The position numbers and the translations under genes were made by a program. A DNA stretch of 64,000 bases. Source: a virus. Numbering within the stretch: the stretch's first letter is position 1; each line of letters starts with the position of its first letter. Under the pieces are notes generated by a model, which saw only the letters and a program-made list of their open reading frames with translations, was not told the origin of the DNA and made no database searches. The stretch lies in IMG/VR virus record IMGVR_UViG_3300033141_002688, positions 5,302-69,301 of that record, one strand, 5' to 3'. This document shows, piece by piece, positions 20,374 to 30,453 of the stretch.

Positions 20374-20836
20374 ACACCTTCTTTACATATGATTTTGAAC
20401 CACCAACATATTTTAATAAAGCATTTTCCATATTATTGGTTCTACTATAATATAATTTAATTATTTTTGTGCCGTTGTCAATACCAATATCTACTTCGTG
20501 CAAGTCAAATCTACTTTTTATTCCCAGTTTTCTATTCCATATTGACCATCTAACTTGCATCAAGCCCCTTGCACCCTTTGAACTAACAGCCATAGGATTA
20601 AAACTTGATTCTACTTCTATCACTCCCAAGATAATCATATAGGGAATATCATATTTTTTGGATTTCTTGATTATTTCAATAGAAATTTCTCTAGTCAAGA
20701 CAGACGGAACTCTTCGATAATTTGCTTCTATATACTGTTCAATTTTACGAGATTGATCAGCATAAACTGGGACAGTAAAAGATAACAATGTAACTATTAA
20801 GATTACTCTTGAGAGCATATTGTCCAACCAAACCAT
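20330..20836 (-). CDS. Lytic transglycosylase (SLT domain) with N-terminal signal/anchor
   Basis: VESSFNPMAVSSKGARGLMQV, ALLKY; hydrophobic N-terminus. Confidence 0.9.
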   Translation of the reverse strand: MVWLDNMLSRVILIVTLLSFTVPVYADQSRKIEQYIEANYRRVPSVLTREISIEIIKKSKKYDIPYMIILGVIEVESSFNPMAVSSKGARGLMQVRWSIWNRKLGIKSRFDLHEVDIGIDNGTKIIKLYYSRTNNMENALLKYVGGSKSYVKKVYEAIGRFAVFDEKK

Positions 20837-21051
20837 TTCTTAGTTTTGTTCTCTAGTTGCTTCCTAAGTAAAAATCCTTTTATGATTTCTCTACCACCTT
20901 CACCAAAATCATCTATAAAGTAGAACTCTCCATCACGTATCATTATATAGTCTATATCCAAATTGACCCATATGGAAGGAGAACCTTCTAATGAAGTCTT
21001 TAGCATTTCCATGTTATATTTCACAAGTACCTCTTGTACACGACACATCAT
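20803..21051 (-). CDS. Small LRxKLE-motif protein (family B)
   Basis: IIKGFLLRKQLENK. Confidence 0.6.
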   Translation of the reverse strand: MMCRVQEVLVKYNMEMLKTSLEGSPSIWVNLDIDYIMIRDGEFYFIDDFGEGGREIIKGFLLRKQLENKTKKWFGWTICSQE

Positions 21052-22729
21052 CTTCGGAAAGAGATGATGTTGATTTACTTAATAATTTTTTAGCTTCTGA
21101 AAGTGAAAGTTTCTGTAATACCTGCCCCTCTCTTGAGCCATCAACATATACTGTTACACCCTTTAAGTCATAAGCGTACTCTAAGAGCCAATCAGATAAT
21201 TGAATTTTAGTTGTTCCTTTTGGAAAGTTAATTGTTTTTGACACTCCTCCATCCGTAAACCTTTGAAATGCCGTCTGAATTTCAAGATGATCCTTAGGAC
21301 TTAAATCTGAAGTATCTACTAACCAATCCGGTAATTTTTTATTCTGTTCAATACACTCTCTAACTAATGGATGAATATAGATTCTCTCACTAACCCTATC
21401 TTTTCTAATATAAGCCTTAGAAAATAATGGTTCAATAGAGGGGCATACCTCAGGAGTTACCAATAAACTTATTGTACCAGTTGGAGCAATTGCTTGAGCC
21501 GTTACGTTCCTAGTTCCATATCTTTTAATATCCCGTCTTAGAGTTGCTGGTAACTTTCTAACAAAAGATGCTTTTCCATAAGCATGAGAATCAAATGCTG
21601 GAAATGGCCCTTTTTCTCTTGATAACTTTATACTAGATTCATATACTTTATCCCTTATAAATCTAGCTAATCTTTCTGCTTCTGCTATTGATTTTTCCGA
21701 TCCATATTTTATCCCCTTCTTAAAAAGGAAATCTGCAAAGCCAATCACACCTATGCCGATTTTACGACCTTTTTTGGAATTTAATTCTATTTTTTGAACT
21801 GAGAAATTATTGACATCAATTACATTATCCAGAAACCTAACAATAATTTCTATACTATTTTCCAGTTTTTTCCAGTTTGTTTGAGTACCAGACAAGAAGT
21901 TTGGTAAAACTAAACTTCCTAAAATACATGATTCCCAAGGAGCTAAAATTGCTTCTCCACAAGGATTACTTGATATTGGTGGTGCAAAATAATAACCATT
22001 ATTCTTGGTTAGGTTAGTAAAATTGAGCAGACCTGGCTCACCACATTTTATCATATTAGATAATATTAGATTCCACAATTTTCTAGCAGGTTTTGAATGA
22101 GTCTCTTGTGCTAAAAATTTAAAAGTCCACAATTCATCTTCTTCTACAGCTTCCAAAAATTCATTTGTAATAGCTACAGATATATTATAGTGACTAATTA
22201 TCTTATCAACCAGTTTAGCGTTAATAAAATTTTCCACTTCTGGATGTTCTACTGAAACGCATACAAGTCCTGCTGCCCTGCGTGAACCCCCACTTTGAAT
22301 TGTAGAGGCAACTGAATCTGAAGCCTTTAAGAAGCTGACTAATCCAGTTGACTCACCCCCTTTTCCACGAATAGGGAATCCTTTTGGCCTAAGTGGTGAG
22401 AAATTGCACCCTACTCCCCCTCCCCCACTCCAACAAATAAGAGAATTCTTAATATAATCACCTATTTCCTCAATTGAGTCTCCAATAGGGATGACAAAAC
22501 AATTTGCCAGTTCTCCTTTTAATCTTCCAGCATTTCTAAGTATCCTTCCACCAGGGATAAAATTCATATCAAATATCTCTTGAGAAAAAATATTTGCCCA
22601 CTTATCTTTATCATTCTCATTTACTGCAATAGCATTTCCCACTCTATTACATAATTTCTCCCAATTTTCTCCTTCCATAAAATATCTAGCTTCAGCTATT
22701 TTTTGAGCATTTTCACTTAATTCTGTCAC
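21014..22729 (-). CDS. nrdJ: Class II (adenosylcobalamin-dependent) ribonucleotide reductase
   Basis: PGGRIL.NAG, NCFV, GGGVG, RRAA, NPCGE, APTGTIS, SKTINFP, GVTVYVDGSR and C-terminal Cys pair; no beta subunit nearby. Confidence 0.88.
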   Translation of the reverse strand: MTELSENAQKIAEARYFMEGENWEKLCNRVGNAIAVNENDKDKWANIFSQEIFDMNFIPGGRILRNAGRLKGELANCFVIPIGDSIEEIGDYIKNSLICWSGGGGVGCNFSPLRPKGFPIRGKGGESTGLVSFLKASDSVASTIQSGGSRRAAGLVCVSVEHPEVENFINAKLVDKIISHYNISVAITNEFLEAVEEDELWTFKFLAQETHSKPARKLWNLILSNMIKCGEPGLLNFTNLTKNNGYYFAPPISSNPCGEAILAPWESCILGSLVLPNFLSGTQTNWKKLENSIEIIVRFLDNVIDVNNFSVQKIELNSKKGRKIGIGVIGFADFLFKKGIKYGSEKSIAEAERLARFIRDKVYESSIKLSREKGPFPAFDSHAYGKASFVRKLPATLRRDIKRYGTRNVTAQAIAPTGTISLLVTPEVCPSIEPLFSKAYIRKDRVSERIYIHPLVRECIEQNKKLPDWLVDTSDLSPKDHLEIQTAFQRFTDGGVSKTINFPKGTTKIQLSDWLLEYAYDLKGVTVYVDGSREGQVLQKLSLSEAKKLLSKSTSSLSEDDVSCTRGTCEI

Positions 22730-22742
22730 TGTGATTCTCCTT

Positions 22743-23120
22743 TCATAGTCTATTCTCTAGTTTATCTCTTAATCGTTTAGCTTGCTCAAGCCTTTTTCTC
22801 TTTTTTCTATTGAAATATCTCAATACTAATAGAGTTATATAGATAATAATGGCTACACTCGTAGCTAACCATAAAAATGCCAAACCTATCCATATAACAA
22901 GACTTAGCCATAAATACATCCATATTTCTGAATCAAAGTCAACCCACCGACCACCTGGTATTTTCTTAATCACAAATAAAACTGGTGAATCTAAAGATTC
23001 TTTCTCGACTACAAATTTATACATATGATATATAGCCTGAGTGATCATCAGAATTATAATATAACCCCAACCTATCATTAAGAACCAACTAGCAATCTCT
23101 AAATATAATTTACCAGTCAT
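22743..23120 (-). CDS. Membrane protein with C-terminal LRxKLE tag
   Basis: Two to three hydrophobic segments; ends RLRDKLENRL. Confidence 0.6.
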   Translation of the reverse strand: MTGKLYLEIASWFLMIGWGYIIILMITQAIYHMYKFVVEKESLDSPVLFVIKKIPGGRWVDFDSEIWMYLWLSLVIWIGLAFLWLATSVAIIIYITLLVLRYFNRKKRKRLEQAKRLRDKLENRL

Positions 23121-23568
23121 AATGTTTATTCTCCAATTTAGCTCTTAAGTTTTGTACCATAAGAGATCTTGCTTCTTCTTCCGAAACTACATATATTTCA
23201 AATGAAGAGAATGCAGATCCACATGTTATTTTGTGACCATTGAGTGCAAATACTCTTAATAGACCACTCTTTGGTAAACAATCTATAGACCATCCAGATG
23301 GGGGGATTGCCTCTGGTACTGTACCATATTTTTTTAACCAGTTGAACCCATTTCCCCCAATACCATCTAAATGTAGTACATCGGACATTCCAGATAGTAA
23401 ACATTTTGGTTCATTTCCAACAACTGCAACAAAATCCATACAACGAAAACCAGAATCATGTTTACGTCTAGTTGGAAGTATTACTATAGAATCACAGATT
23501 ATCATATCATTTCGTTTTCTATAAGGTAAAGACTCAAAATCCTTGCGTGTCATATCTACTATATCCAT
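23110..23568 (-). CDS. Hypothetical protein with C-terminal LRxKLE tag
   Basis: HDSGFRCMDFV...SDVLHLDGIGG core; ends NLRAKLENKHYDW. Confidence 0.6.
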   Translation of the reverse strand: MDIVDMTRKDFESLPYRKRNDMIICDSIVILPTRRKHDSGFRCMDFVAVVGNEPKCLLSGMSDVLHLDGIGGNGFNWLKKYGTVPEAIPPSGWSIDCLPKSGLLRVFALNGHKITCGSAFSSFEIYVVSEEEARSLMVQNLRAKLENKHYDW

Positions 23569-23645
23569 TACTTCTCCCTTAGTTGTTTAATTATCTTTAT
23601 CTACTCTCCATAGTCTATTGAAGTGTCTAATAGATTGGCTATAGT

Positions 23646-23876
23646 CTACTTAGTCTCAATTTCTATTTTCCCCTCTTTTATATCTTCAATTGCATGTTTA
23701 TAAAAGTGAATACCAATTTGTTTATACCACTCTCCCCAAAATTTCTTAGCCAACCAAAATTTTCTGGAACTAGTATTAATGAAAATAGGGAGAATTATAT
23801 CATGGTATTCCCAATGCTGATCTACTAACTGTTTAGCTCTGTCTTTCCAATTAATCTTCATAGATACAAAACTCAC
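23646..23876 (-). CDS. Hypothetical protein
   Basis: Intact ORF within the operon. Confidence 0.45.
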   Translation of the reverse strand: MSFVSMKINWKDRAKQLVDQHWEYHDIILPIFINTSSRKFWLAKKFWGEWYKQIGIHFYKHAIEDIKEGKIEIETK

Positions 23877-24084
23877 CTATTAATTCATAAAGACATTTTT
23901 GACATAAATCACATGAAACTCTACTACCATCTCCAAAAACAGAACCATACCCCCCAATAAAATCAATTGAATATAATTCTTGCCACTCAACAAAGTCATC
24001 TTCTGTGATCTTCTTTCCACATCTATCACATGTAATTGAGTCTAGTTCCTTAGCTTCAACTTGTGTTATTTTATAGTTTCTCAT
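23851..24084 (-). CDS. Small zinc-ribbon phage protein
   Basis: CDRCG...GGYGSVFGDG...DLCQKC. Confidence 0.65.
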   Translation of the reverse strand: MRNYKITQVEAKELDSITCDRCGKKITEDDFVEWQELYSIDFIGGYGSVFGDGSRVSCDLCQKCLYELIGEFCIYED

Positions 24085-24640
24085 AGTTTAAAAACCTTTC
24101 ATTAAGAATAAATTCACTTATTTCCTTCCAATTGTACATTCTAATTCCTCTACAATTCTTATTCCAGGGTCTATCGAATATTATCACATCAGCACTGGTA
24201 TTATCTGATATATCCTTTATTATATCAGGACGATCCTCAACCATAATATTGATACCAAGATCATTAATAATTGAAGATTTATCTGGAATTGAAACAATCT
24301 TATCTGGTGTCAGTATTAGTTTAAAATTTTTAAGTTTAGCATTCTTCAATGTAGAAAGTGTGTGATTATATAAATAATTTTTACGGTGAGAAATTATATA
24401 TAACTCATTCTCCAACCCTATCTGATTTAAAACATCAACTGCATCAGGAAAAAATTTGAGATTATCACTTTCCAAAACTCTATTTATATATTTTCTCACA
24501 ATATCAGGATCAATTCCATAATCTTCTATCTTATAAGAACTCCTATCTCCAAAGTCAACATTCATCTCTTCAGATATCAAATCAAATATAATATTTCCAG
24601 TATCAATAATACAATCATCTAAATCAGTAGCAAATTTCAT
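24071..24640 (-). CDS. HAD-family 5'(3')-deoxyribonucleotidase
   Basis: DLDD motif I, ISHR, K, VEDR, FDRPWN. Confidence 0.85.
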   Translation of the reverse strand: MKFATDLDDCIIDTGNIIFDLISEEMNVDFGDRSSYKIEDYGIDPDIVRKYINRVLESDNLKFFPDAVDVLNQIGLENELYIISHRKNYLYNHTLSTLKNAKLKNFKLILTPDKIVSIPDKSSIINDLGINIMVEDRPDIIKDISDNTSADVIIFDRPWNKNCRGIRMYNWKEISEFILNERFLNYEKL

Positions 24641-24759
24641 CTCTCAAAATTCCCCATAATTGCAAGACCTATAACAAAGAATAAAATACCACAAGGAATC
24701 CCAATCATAAAACCAACCATAAAAGTCATTTTTCTCCCCTAGAGAGTTTTTTACATTTA

Positions 24760-24999
24760 TTACTTTGTTTTCTTATCTCGTCTTTTCTTCCAACCTTCCA
24801 ATTCAATAATAAGATCTAATTCATGTCTAATCTTTTCTAAATCTTCCAAACCATGACCTGTGGGATGGTCATATCTCAAAATTCTCCTAATAATAGCAGC
24901 CTTATGATGTGGTATCTTATTATATAAGAAAAATTCATATGGCTGTATTTTATACTGCTTGTAGTGGTTTCCTCCTACCTGCTTATCCAATGCACTCAT
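24760..24999 (-). CDS. DUF3310 / SaV-like protein
   Basis: QVGGNHYK...IQP.EF...EDLEK..H. Confidence 0.8.
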   Translation of the reverse strand: MSALDKQVGGNHYKQYKIQPYEFFLYNKIPHHKAAIIRRILRYDHPTGHGLEDLEKIRHELDLIIELEGWKKRRDKKTK

Positions 25000-25176
25000 T
25001 TTACATCTCCCTCTATCAACATTGCTTTTCCTCTTCTTATATCTTAGTGAGGGCTGCGTAATTTGTACGCTCTTTCAATCACTATGTGCACCTAATGATG
25101 AAAGGGCAACTACCAAAACTAATTATTCCCAGTCTTGGCCTTCCTGGGCACCCCCATCACAATAGCTACAAAGTCT

Positions 25177-25542
25177 TCACCCAATCTTGCCCTCCGCCTC
25201 AAGTTCAGCACAGGCTTCGACAACAATACTAGGTTCTATTCTCAATTTCTCAATTAATTCATCATAACCAATTTCTCGTCCATCATTCTCTCGAAAATAG
25301 CAGGCAATCTCTTCTTTAGCCTTCTTCAATGGAAGTGAGCGAACTATAATTGGATTATTCTTGTCTTCCTGTCTTATTTCTTTTTCCTCACAAGTTCCTG
25401 TATGTCCCTTTAATCTCCAATCAAGGGCTTGATCCATTTCGATCCAAATATGAGCACCGCATTTGTAGTAAGCCTGATAGCGGGGGCCACCAACTAAAGG
25501 CTTCCTACAGAAAGGGCATCTATCTGGTGCGTGGAGTTTCAT
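25177..25542 (-). CDS. Hypothetical protein (N-terminal Zn finger, C-terminal HTH-like)
   Basis: CPFC...C; C-terminal EEIACYF...ELIEKLRI...VVEACAELEAEGKI resembles a winged helix. Confidence 0.5.
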   Translation of the reverse strand: MKLHAPDRCPFCRKPLVGGPRYQAYYKCGAHIWIEMDQALDWRLKGHTGTCEEKEIRQEDKNNPIIVRSLPLKKAKEEIACYFRENDGREIGYDELIEKLRIEPSIVVEACAELEAEGKIG

Positions 25543-25751
25543 TTCCTTTCTCCTCTCCCTCTTTTACTCTCTCTTGAGTCCACTAAAAGCATAAAGTATC
25601 CCTTACTCAAAACAAGAACTATTAAAATCTCTCCTAACCAGATATCATAAGAGGGGAGCACTTTTAGATGTGTCGTAACCCAAGACCCATAGTATAAAGC
25701 TCCCCAAGCTAAAATAGTCATCGCACCCACTATTAATTTCTCAAACAGCAT
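25539..25751 (-). CDS. Small two-TM membrane protein
   Basis: Two hydrophobic segments, basic tail. Confidence 0.5.
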   Translation of the reverse strand: MLFEKLIVGAMTILAWGALYYGSWVTTHLKVLPSYDIWLGEILIVLVLSKGYFMLLVDSRESKRGRGERK

Positions 25752-25778
25752 TTCCTTCTTCCCCCTTTTTCCTCTATA

Positions 25779-25982
25779 TTACTTCTGGCTCTGACGTGGC
25801 GTCACTTTTACCATCCAATCATCGAGCCTGTTTATAAACTCTTCATATGTGTCTATCCAATCCAACCAAGTCTCTAAAGTAATCTCTATGTCGTTTTGGA
25901 TGATTGTAGGCAGAGTTACTATAGCTTGATCCAAGAGGCTTTTTCCTTCGTTGAGTAATTGTTCATTAGCCTTTATTTTCAT
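25779..25982 (-). CDS. Hypothetical acidic protein
   Basis: AAGGAGG SD; intact ORF. Confidence 0.55.
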   Translation of the reverse strand: MKIKANEQLLNEGKSLLDQAIVTLPTIIQNDIEITLETWLDWIDTYEEFINRLDDWMVKVTPRQSQK

Positions 25983-26008
25983 TTTTGTTTTCCTCCTTAC
26001 TCAGAATG

Positions 26009-26151
26009 TGGCCGCAGCTAGGACTCGAACCTAGATTCCCTTTCCTAGTTAGCCGATAGTCACCATGTATACTTGGCAGGAATCTGCTATCGGTCAGTGC
26101 GTCTACCGAGTGATAAGCTAACAGTACCTATCACATTCCGCCACTACGGCC
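26009..26151 (-). ncRNA. tRNA-like RNA (~141 nt) with a hairpin inserted in the D-loop and a branched, extended anticodon arm
   Basis: Acceptor (G)GCCGTAG/CTGCGGC(C); Leu-type D-arm TGGCGGAAT...GGTAGACGC; perfect T-arm CTAGG TTCGAGT CCTAG; inserted stems GTGATAG/TTATCAC and CCGATAG/CTATCGG. Confidence 0.7.
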
Positions 26152-26158
26152 GTAAAAA

Positions 26159-26422
26159 TCACCATTGAGGAAATGATTTGTATTTTCCATCCTCCCCAAG
26201 AAAATGTTTCTTTCTCCCATCGTCAGGTTGAAAATAAGCTCCCATTACGAGAGATTGGTAAACGCCATACCTAGCTCCACAATGCTCGCACATTACAGTC
26301 TGTGGGTCTTGTAGTTCATCCAAAATAAGAAAGGGAGAATCGGAATTAGATTTCGGAGAATATCCACAAGCAGGACAAATTCCATCAACAATCATTATTT
26401 TACGCAGGCAGGCCCTCTCCAT
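26159..26422 (-). CDS. Double zinc-ribbon hypothetical protein
   Basis: CPAC and CEHC motifs. Confidence 0.5.
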   Translation of the reverse strand: MERACLRKIMIVDGICPACGYSPKSNSDSPFLILDELQDPQTVMCEHCGARYGVYQSLVMGAYFQPDDGRKKHFLGEDGKYKSFPQW

Positions 26423-26843
26423 CCAATTAGAAGAATCAATCGGAATGAGCTTCTTAGACTTTCTATTTACCTCCTTTTTTGTAGCATGACCACAGCTACA
26501 ACACTACCTATATCTTTTGACTGCAAACCAAATCCCTTGAGTATTTTTTGCCATCATATATAGCCCAGACTTCTAAGGCACCAGAATGGATACATTCATA
26601 CTCCATAATTTCCCGCCCATCATTCTCTCGAAAGTAGCGAGCGATCTCCTCCATAGCTTCCTCCAATGAAAGTGAACGGAGAGTGATTAGATTATTCTTA
26701 CCTTTTTGCTTCATTTCTTTTTCTCCTGTCTTCGGATTTCTGCCATTAATTTTTGAAGAACTAAATCAATTTCCATTTTCACTTGCATTATTGCAGCAAC
26801 TTCATCTTGAGCGTTCCTACATGAACTTTCATACACTATTAAA

Positions 26844-27260
26844 TCAACTATTTGCTGAATTGTTTTCATCCTTTATTTCTGGATAAAGCCAATTTATATA
26901 AGCCTCATAAATTCCAAAGAATACTTCTGCATCCAATAGAACAACAGGTTTCTCATTGTTTCTTTTAAAAAATAAGAGCCAATCAGTTCCTTCTTTCTGA
27001 TTACTACGTGCCTGTTTTATTTTCTGATGAACTGCCCATTTTTCAGAATTTGAGCATTCAATGCTAAATGGAAATAATTCAAGAGCTTCACCACGCAATG
27101 GTACATCAATTCCAGATTGCCCCATTGTTCTTGAACTGATCAATTCATCCTTACCCCAGGGAATATTGAGTATGTTAGATATTTTTTCTGCTACCCAATT
27201 CTGGAGTTTTCTTCCCTTGTTTTTCCTTGACTTTACTGATATTGGCTTTTGTGATTTCAT
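26844..27260 (-). CDS. Holliday-junction resolvase-like PD-(D/E)xK nuclease
   Basis: SRKNKGRKLQNWV...G.D....FPFSIEC.N.EKW...QA...LLFFKRN. Start approximate. Confidence 0.75.
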   Translation of the reverse strand: MKSQKPISVKSRKNKGRKLQNWVAEKISNILNIPWGKDELISSRTMGQSGIDVPLRGEALELFPFSIECSNSEKWAVHQKIKQARSNQKEGTDWLLFFKRNNEKPVVLLDAEVFFGIYEAYINWLYPEIKDENNSANS

Positions 27261-27395
27261 TAATAATAAGCTCCTGTATTTTTTCAATTTCTATCAAAGA
27301 ATCTTCTACACTTCTTCTATAGCCTGCTCTAAATCCTACCAAATAAATAATTATACTAAATACCACTAATACAACTATTTGTAAAAAGGACATGA

Positions 27396-27950
27396 TTAAT
27401 CACCTAAATTTAATAAATCAATATCACTTTCCACTTCATTTCCCCAAACATCCCATCCTTGATGTTTTTCTCTAGCAAAAAGTTCTATCCTATTTCTAAA
27501 TGGCATTGATAGTGTGGCACGCTCTATTAATTTTCTAAATTCATCTGGTTTTTGGCTATGTCTTAAAGACTTACATTGAATAAAATTGGCTTCTTGTAAT
27601 CTAAACGCTTTCACTTTCCCTTTAATACCAAACAACAAATGCTCACATTGACCTCTAAACCAAAAACCCATTCCAAGAGACATAATTTTTCTCCATGTTA
27701 TCATTGTTTTATATTTAAATCCCCATTCCTTCATAACTATAAAAGCTTCTTCAATCAATGGCACAGTAGCCCATAAGAAAAGTACACTATCCTTCGCAGT
27801 AATCTTTTTTACAGGTAGACTACATATTTCTGAAAGAGACATTGTGGGATATTTGGAAGCAGACCCACTTTTAAAACTCCCACCAGTCCTCTTATTTTTA
27901 TAACTCCACGGTGGATCTGCATAAATTATATTATATTTTTTAATCTCCAA
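27396..27950 (-). CDS. MT-A70 family N6-adenine methyltransferase
   Basis: IIYADPPWSY, LFLW, WGF.YKT, HSQKP, RIELFAR, GWDVWGNE. Confidence 0.92.
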   Translation of the reverse strand: MEIKKYNIIYADPPWSYKNKRTGGSFKSGSASKYPTMSLSEICSLPVKKITAKDSVLFLWATVPLIEEAFIVMKEWGFKYKTMITWRKIMSLGMGFWFRGQCEHLLFGIKGKVKAFRLQEANFIQCKSLRHSQKPDEFRKLIERATLSMPFRNRIELFAREKHQGWDVWGNEVESDIDLLNLGD

Positions 27951-28419
27951 TCCCTAACTCTTCCCCTTTCTTCTCATCATATCGCAAAACTCCACCCACT
28001 ATTGGAATTATAAATTTACTCCAGTATTTCTTCCATTTACCTTGATTTGCCCAAAAACCCTTCTGAACAAAATTTCTCGGAATACCAAGAGAAAACTCAC
28101 CGACATCCTTAAACTCCGATAAAAAAACTGCTCTATTAAAACGGTTTAATTTACATTCAGTGTTCAGACAAGAATAAGCTCGCTCACAGTACTTCTCAGG
28201 CGGAGCAACCTTAATAGTAGTCAGCATAGTAGGAATATCATAATCCAGTGGAGTAACTGCAAAAACCCCTTCACTAAAATGACATATTCCGTACCAGAAT
28301 TTTGAGTATTTATTTGTATGCTTAAATACTATCCTACCGTCCAACCAGGTAATTCCCACACTAATAACATTAGTAATTTTGATTGATTTGTCAATAATAT
28401 ATTTGGTTTCATCTTTCAT
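27940..28419 (-). CDS. Hypothetical protein
   Basis: Intact ORF in the operon. Confidence 0.5.
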   Translation of the reverse strand: MKDETKYIIDKSIKITNVISVGITWLDGRIVFKHTNKYSKFWYGICHFSEGVFAVTPLDYDIPTMLTTIKVAPPEKYCERAYSCLNTECKLNRFNRAVFLSEFKDVGEFSLGIPRNFVQKGFWANQGKWKKYWSKFIIPIVGGVLRYDEKKGEELGIGD

Positions 28420-28594
28420 CTTTTATTTCCTCTTTGCTTTTTGTTGTCCGATTCTTTTCTTTTTAGACTTAGGTTTGGGTCTTGATGGCCCGTCATCAAT
28501 AATCGGACAATAACCCATTCTATCTCTGAACTTCATACCTTCAATAGAATACTTTTCACACTTACCTTCTTTTAAATACTGACATTTCAAATCT

Positions 28595-30403
28595 TCACAC
28601 AACAATTTTAGAGATACCTCCCCTCATCTCAATATCTATAATTGAATCAAACTTATCCTTGATCTGCTGACTATGGCTTATTACAAAAATACTATCCAAC
28701 TTTGAAGTCATTGAACGCAAAAAAGTCATCACATCTTCTTTTCCACTCTCATCTAAACTCAACTCTAAAATTTCATCCAAAATCATAAAATTAAAATTAC
28801 TGATAAGCTCATTGAACGCAAAAATATCTGCTATTTTTATACGCTGTCTTTGACCTGCTGAATAAGACTTAAAATCGGTTATATTTGGCCTGTCTGGAGA
28901 AAACACTTTATATGATATTTTCTCTCTTATATCGCCAGACTGAAGTTTTGATTGTGAATCTATTTTAACATACAAATTTTTATCCAGCATACTCAATATC
29001 TTATTTGTTCTATTTTCTACTTCGATCAAAAAATTTTCAGCCTTGAGATTCGGTATACCTTTCTTTGAAAATCCTGTTTCCCAGTATTTATAATATTGAA
29101 TTTCATCTTCCAAATTCTTTATCTTGTCCAGATATTCCTTTCTGGTAGATTCATCTTCTATTAACTTAACTGCCGTGTTCTTCATCAATGACAAATACGG
29201 GTTTTCTTCCTTTTCTATTTCATTAATCCTGTTTATTAAATCTTGTTTTCTATCTTCAATATTAGAGTTATTCAGTTCAATCTCTCTTTTCTGCTGTTCC
29301 AATTTCTCCATTTTACTGGTTAACTCAGAATTTTTTTCTACCTGACTATTCAATGTTGCTAAACCCTCAACTATTTCATTCAATTTTCTTCTTTCATTTT
29401 CATAACTTAACTCTAATCTATCAAGTTGTGGTTTATATTTATTGTATAACTCATTGTTATGCTCCTCTAATTCTTTACACTCCTTTTCTAATAATGGACA
29501 CTGATTAGTACCATTTTCAATATCTTCTACAGTTTTCCTTAAATTCATTAACTCTTGTTTTAATTCTATTACCTTATTGTTTATTCTGGCTCTTTTCTCT
29601 TCCAGAATACTTATTTTTTCATTATCAACAGTGAAAAATCTTTCCTTCAACCTCTTTATCTTTTTATCATATGGTTCTGTATCTAACACTTTAAGGTCTA
29701 ATAATCTGCCCTTTAAACCCTTAATATCATTTTCATTCTTACTTTCCCATTTTTTAATCTTATTCTTAAAATCTTTCAACTGGTCTTTCTTATCCCTAAT
29801 ACTGTTATCTATTATTATAATCTTGTTTTTGTATTTGTCAATCTCTTTTTCTATTTCAAGTCTCTTAGTTTTAGCTCTCTCATAATATTTATTATACTTG
29901 TGCAAATCCAATGTGTCGTATAAGATGTCTTTTCTACTCGATTCTGGTAAGGCTGGGAAGGATGGAGAATTGCTTGAGAAAATAGTAGATACAAAAAGAG
30001 AATATTTATCAATTCCAAGAACTTGCTCAATTCGTTTTTGAACTTCTGATAAGTTTCCTTCTTTCACAGACTCATCTGGAAATTGATTACCATTGACTAT
30101 CAGATACTTATTGTTCCCTTTCTTCTTGTGATTTCGATATCTTATGATCTCAATCTCATCTCCATCCTTTTCTAACTTACAGGAAATTTTGCATTCGGTA
30201 TTCCCGTTTCGAGGAATCTCTCGGACTGGGATTTCGTCTGAAATAGTATCCAATAATAAATATTCGAGAGCTTGTCTGACGCTTGATTTGCCGGAACCGT
30301 TGATGCCATTTATCAAACATAAGCCCTTCTGGTCTAGGTTTGTCAAGTGAAGATTCTCCCAAGACCGAAAATTTTCAAGATGGAGTTCTTTAAGTTTAAT
30401 CAT
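28595..30403 (-). CDS. sbcC: Rad50/SbcC (T4 gp46-like) recombination ATPase
   Basis: LENFRS, GINGSGKS Walker A, long coiled coil with central CPLLEKEC, YSAGQRQR signature, ILDE Walker B, ISH. Confidence 0.92.
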   Translation of the reverse strand: MIKLKELHLENFRSWENLHLTNLDQKGLCLINGINGSGKSSVRQALEYLLLDTISDEIPVREIPRNGNTECKISCKLEKDGDEIEIIRYRNHKKKGNNKYLIVNGNQFPDESVKEGNLSEVQKRIEQVLGIDKYSLFVSTIFSSNSPSFPALPESSRKDILYDTLDLHKYNKYYERAKTKRLEIEKEIDKYKNKIIIIDNSIRDKKDQLKDFKNKIKKWESKNENDIKGLKGRLLDLKVLDTEPYDKKIKRLKERFFTVDNEKISILEEKRARINNKVIELKQELMNLRKTVEDIENGTNQCPLLEKECKELEEHNNELYNKYKPQLDRLELSYENERRKLNEIVEGLATLNSQVEKNSELTSKMEKLEQQKREIELNNSNIEDRKQDLINRINEIEKEENPYLSLMKNTAVKLIEDESTRKEYLDKIKNLEDEIQYYKYWETGFSKKGIPNLKAENFLIEVENRTNKILSMLDKNLYVKIDSQSKLQSGDIREKISYKVFSPDRPNITDFKSYSAGQRQRIKIADIFAFNELISNFNFMILDEILELSLDESGKEDVMTFLRSMTSKLDSIFVISHSQQIKDKFDSIIDIEMRGGISKIVV

Positions 30404-30453
30404 TTTAAACGCTTCGCTTTCATAGGTTTCTTAGCTTGTATGGCTTGTTTATC

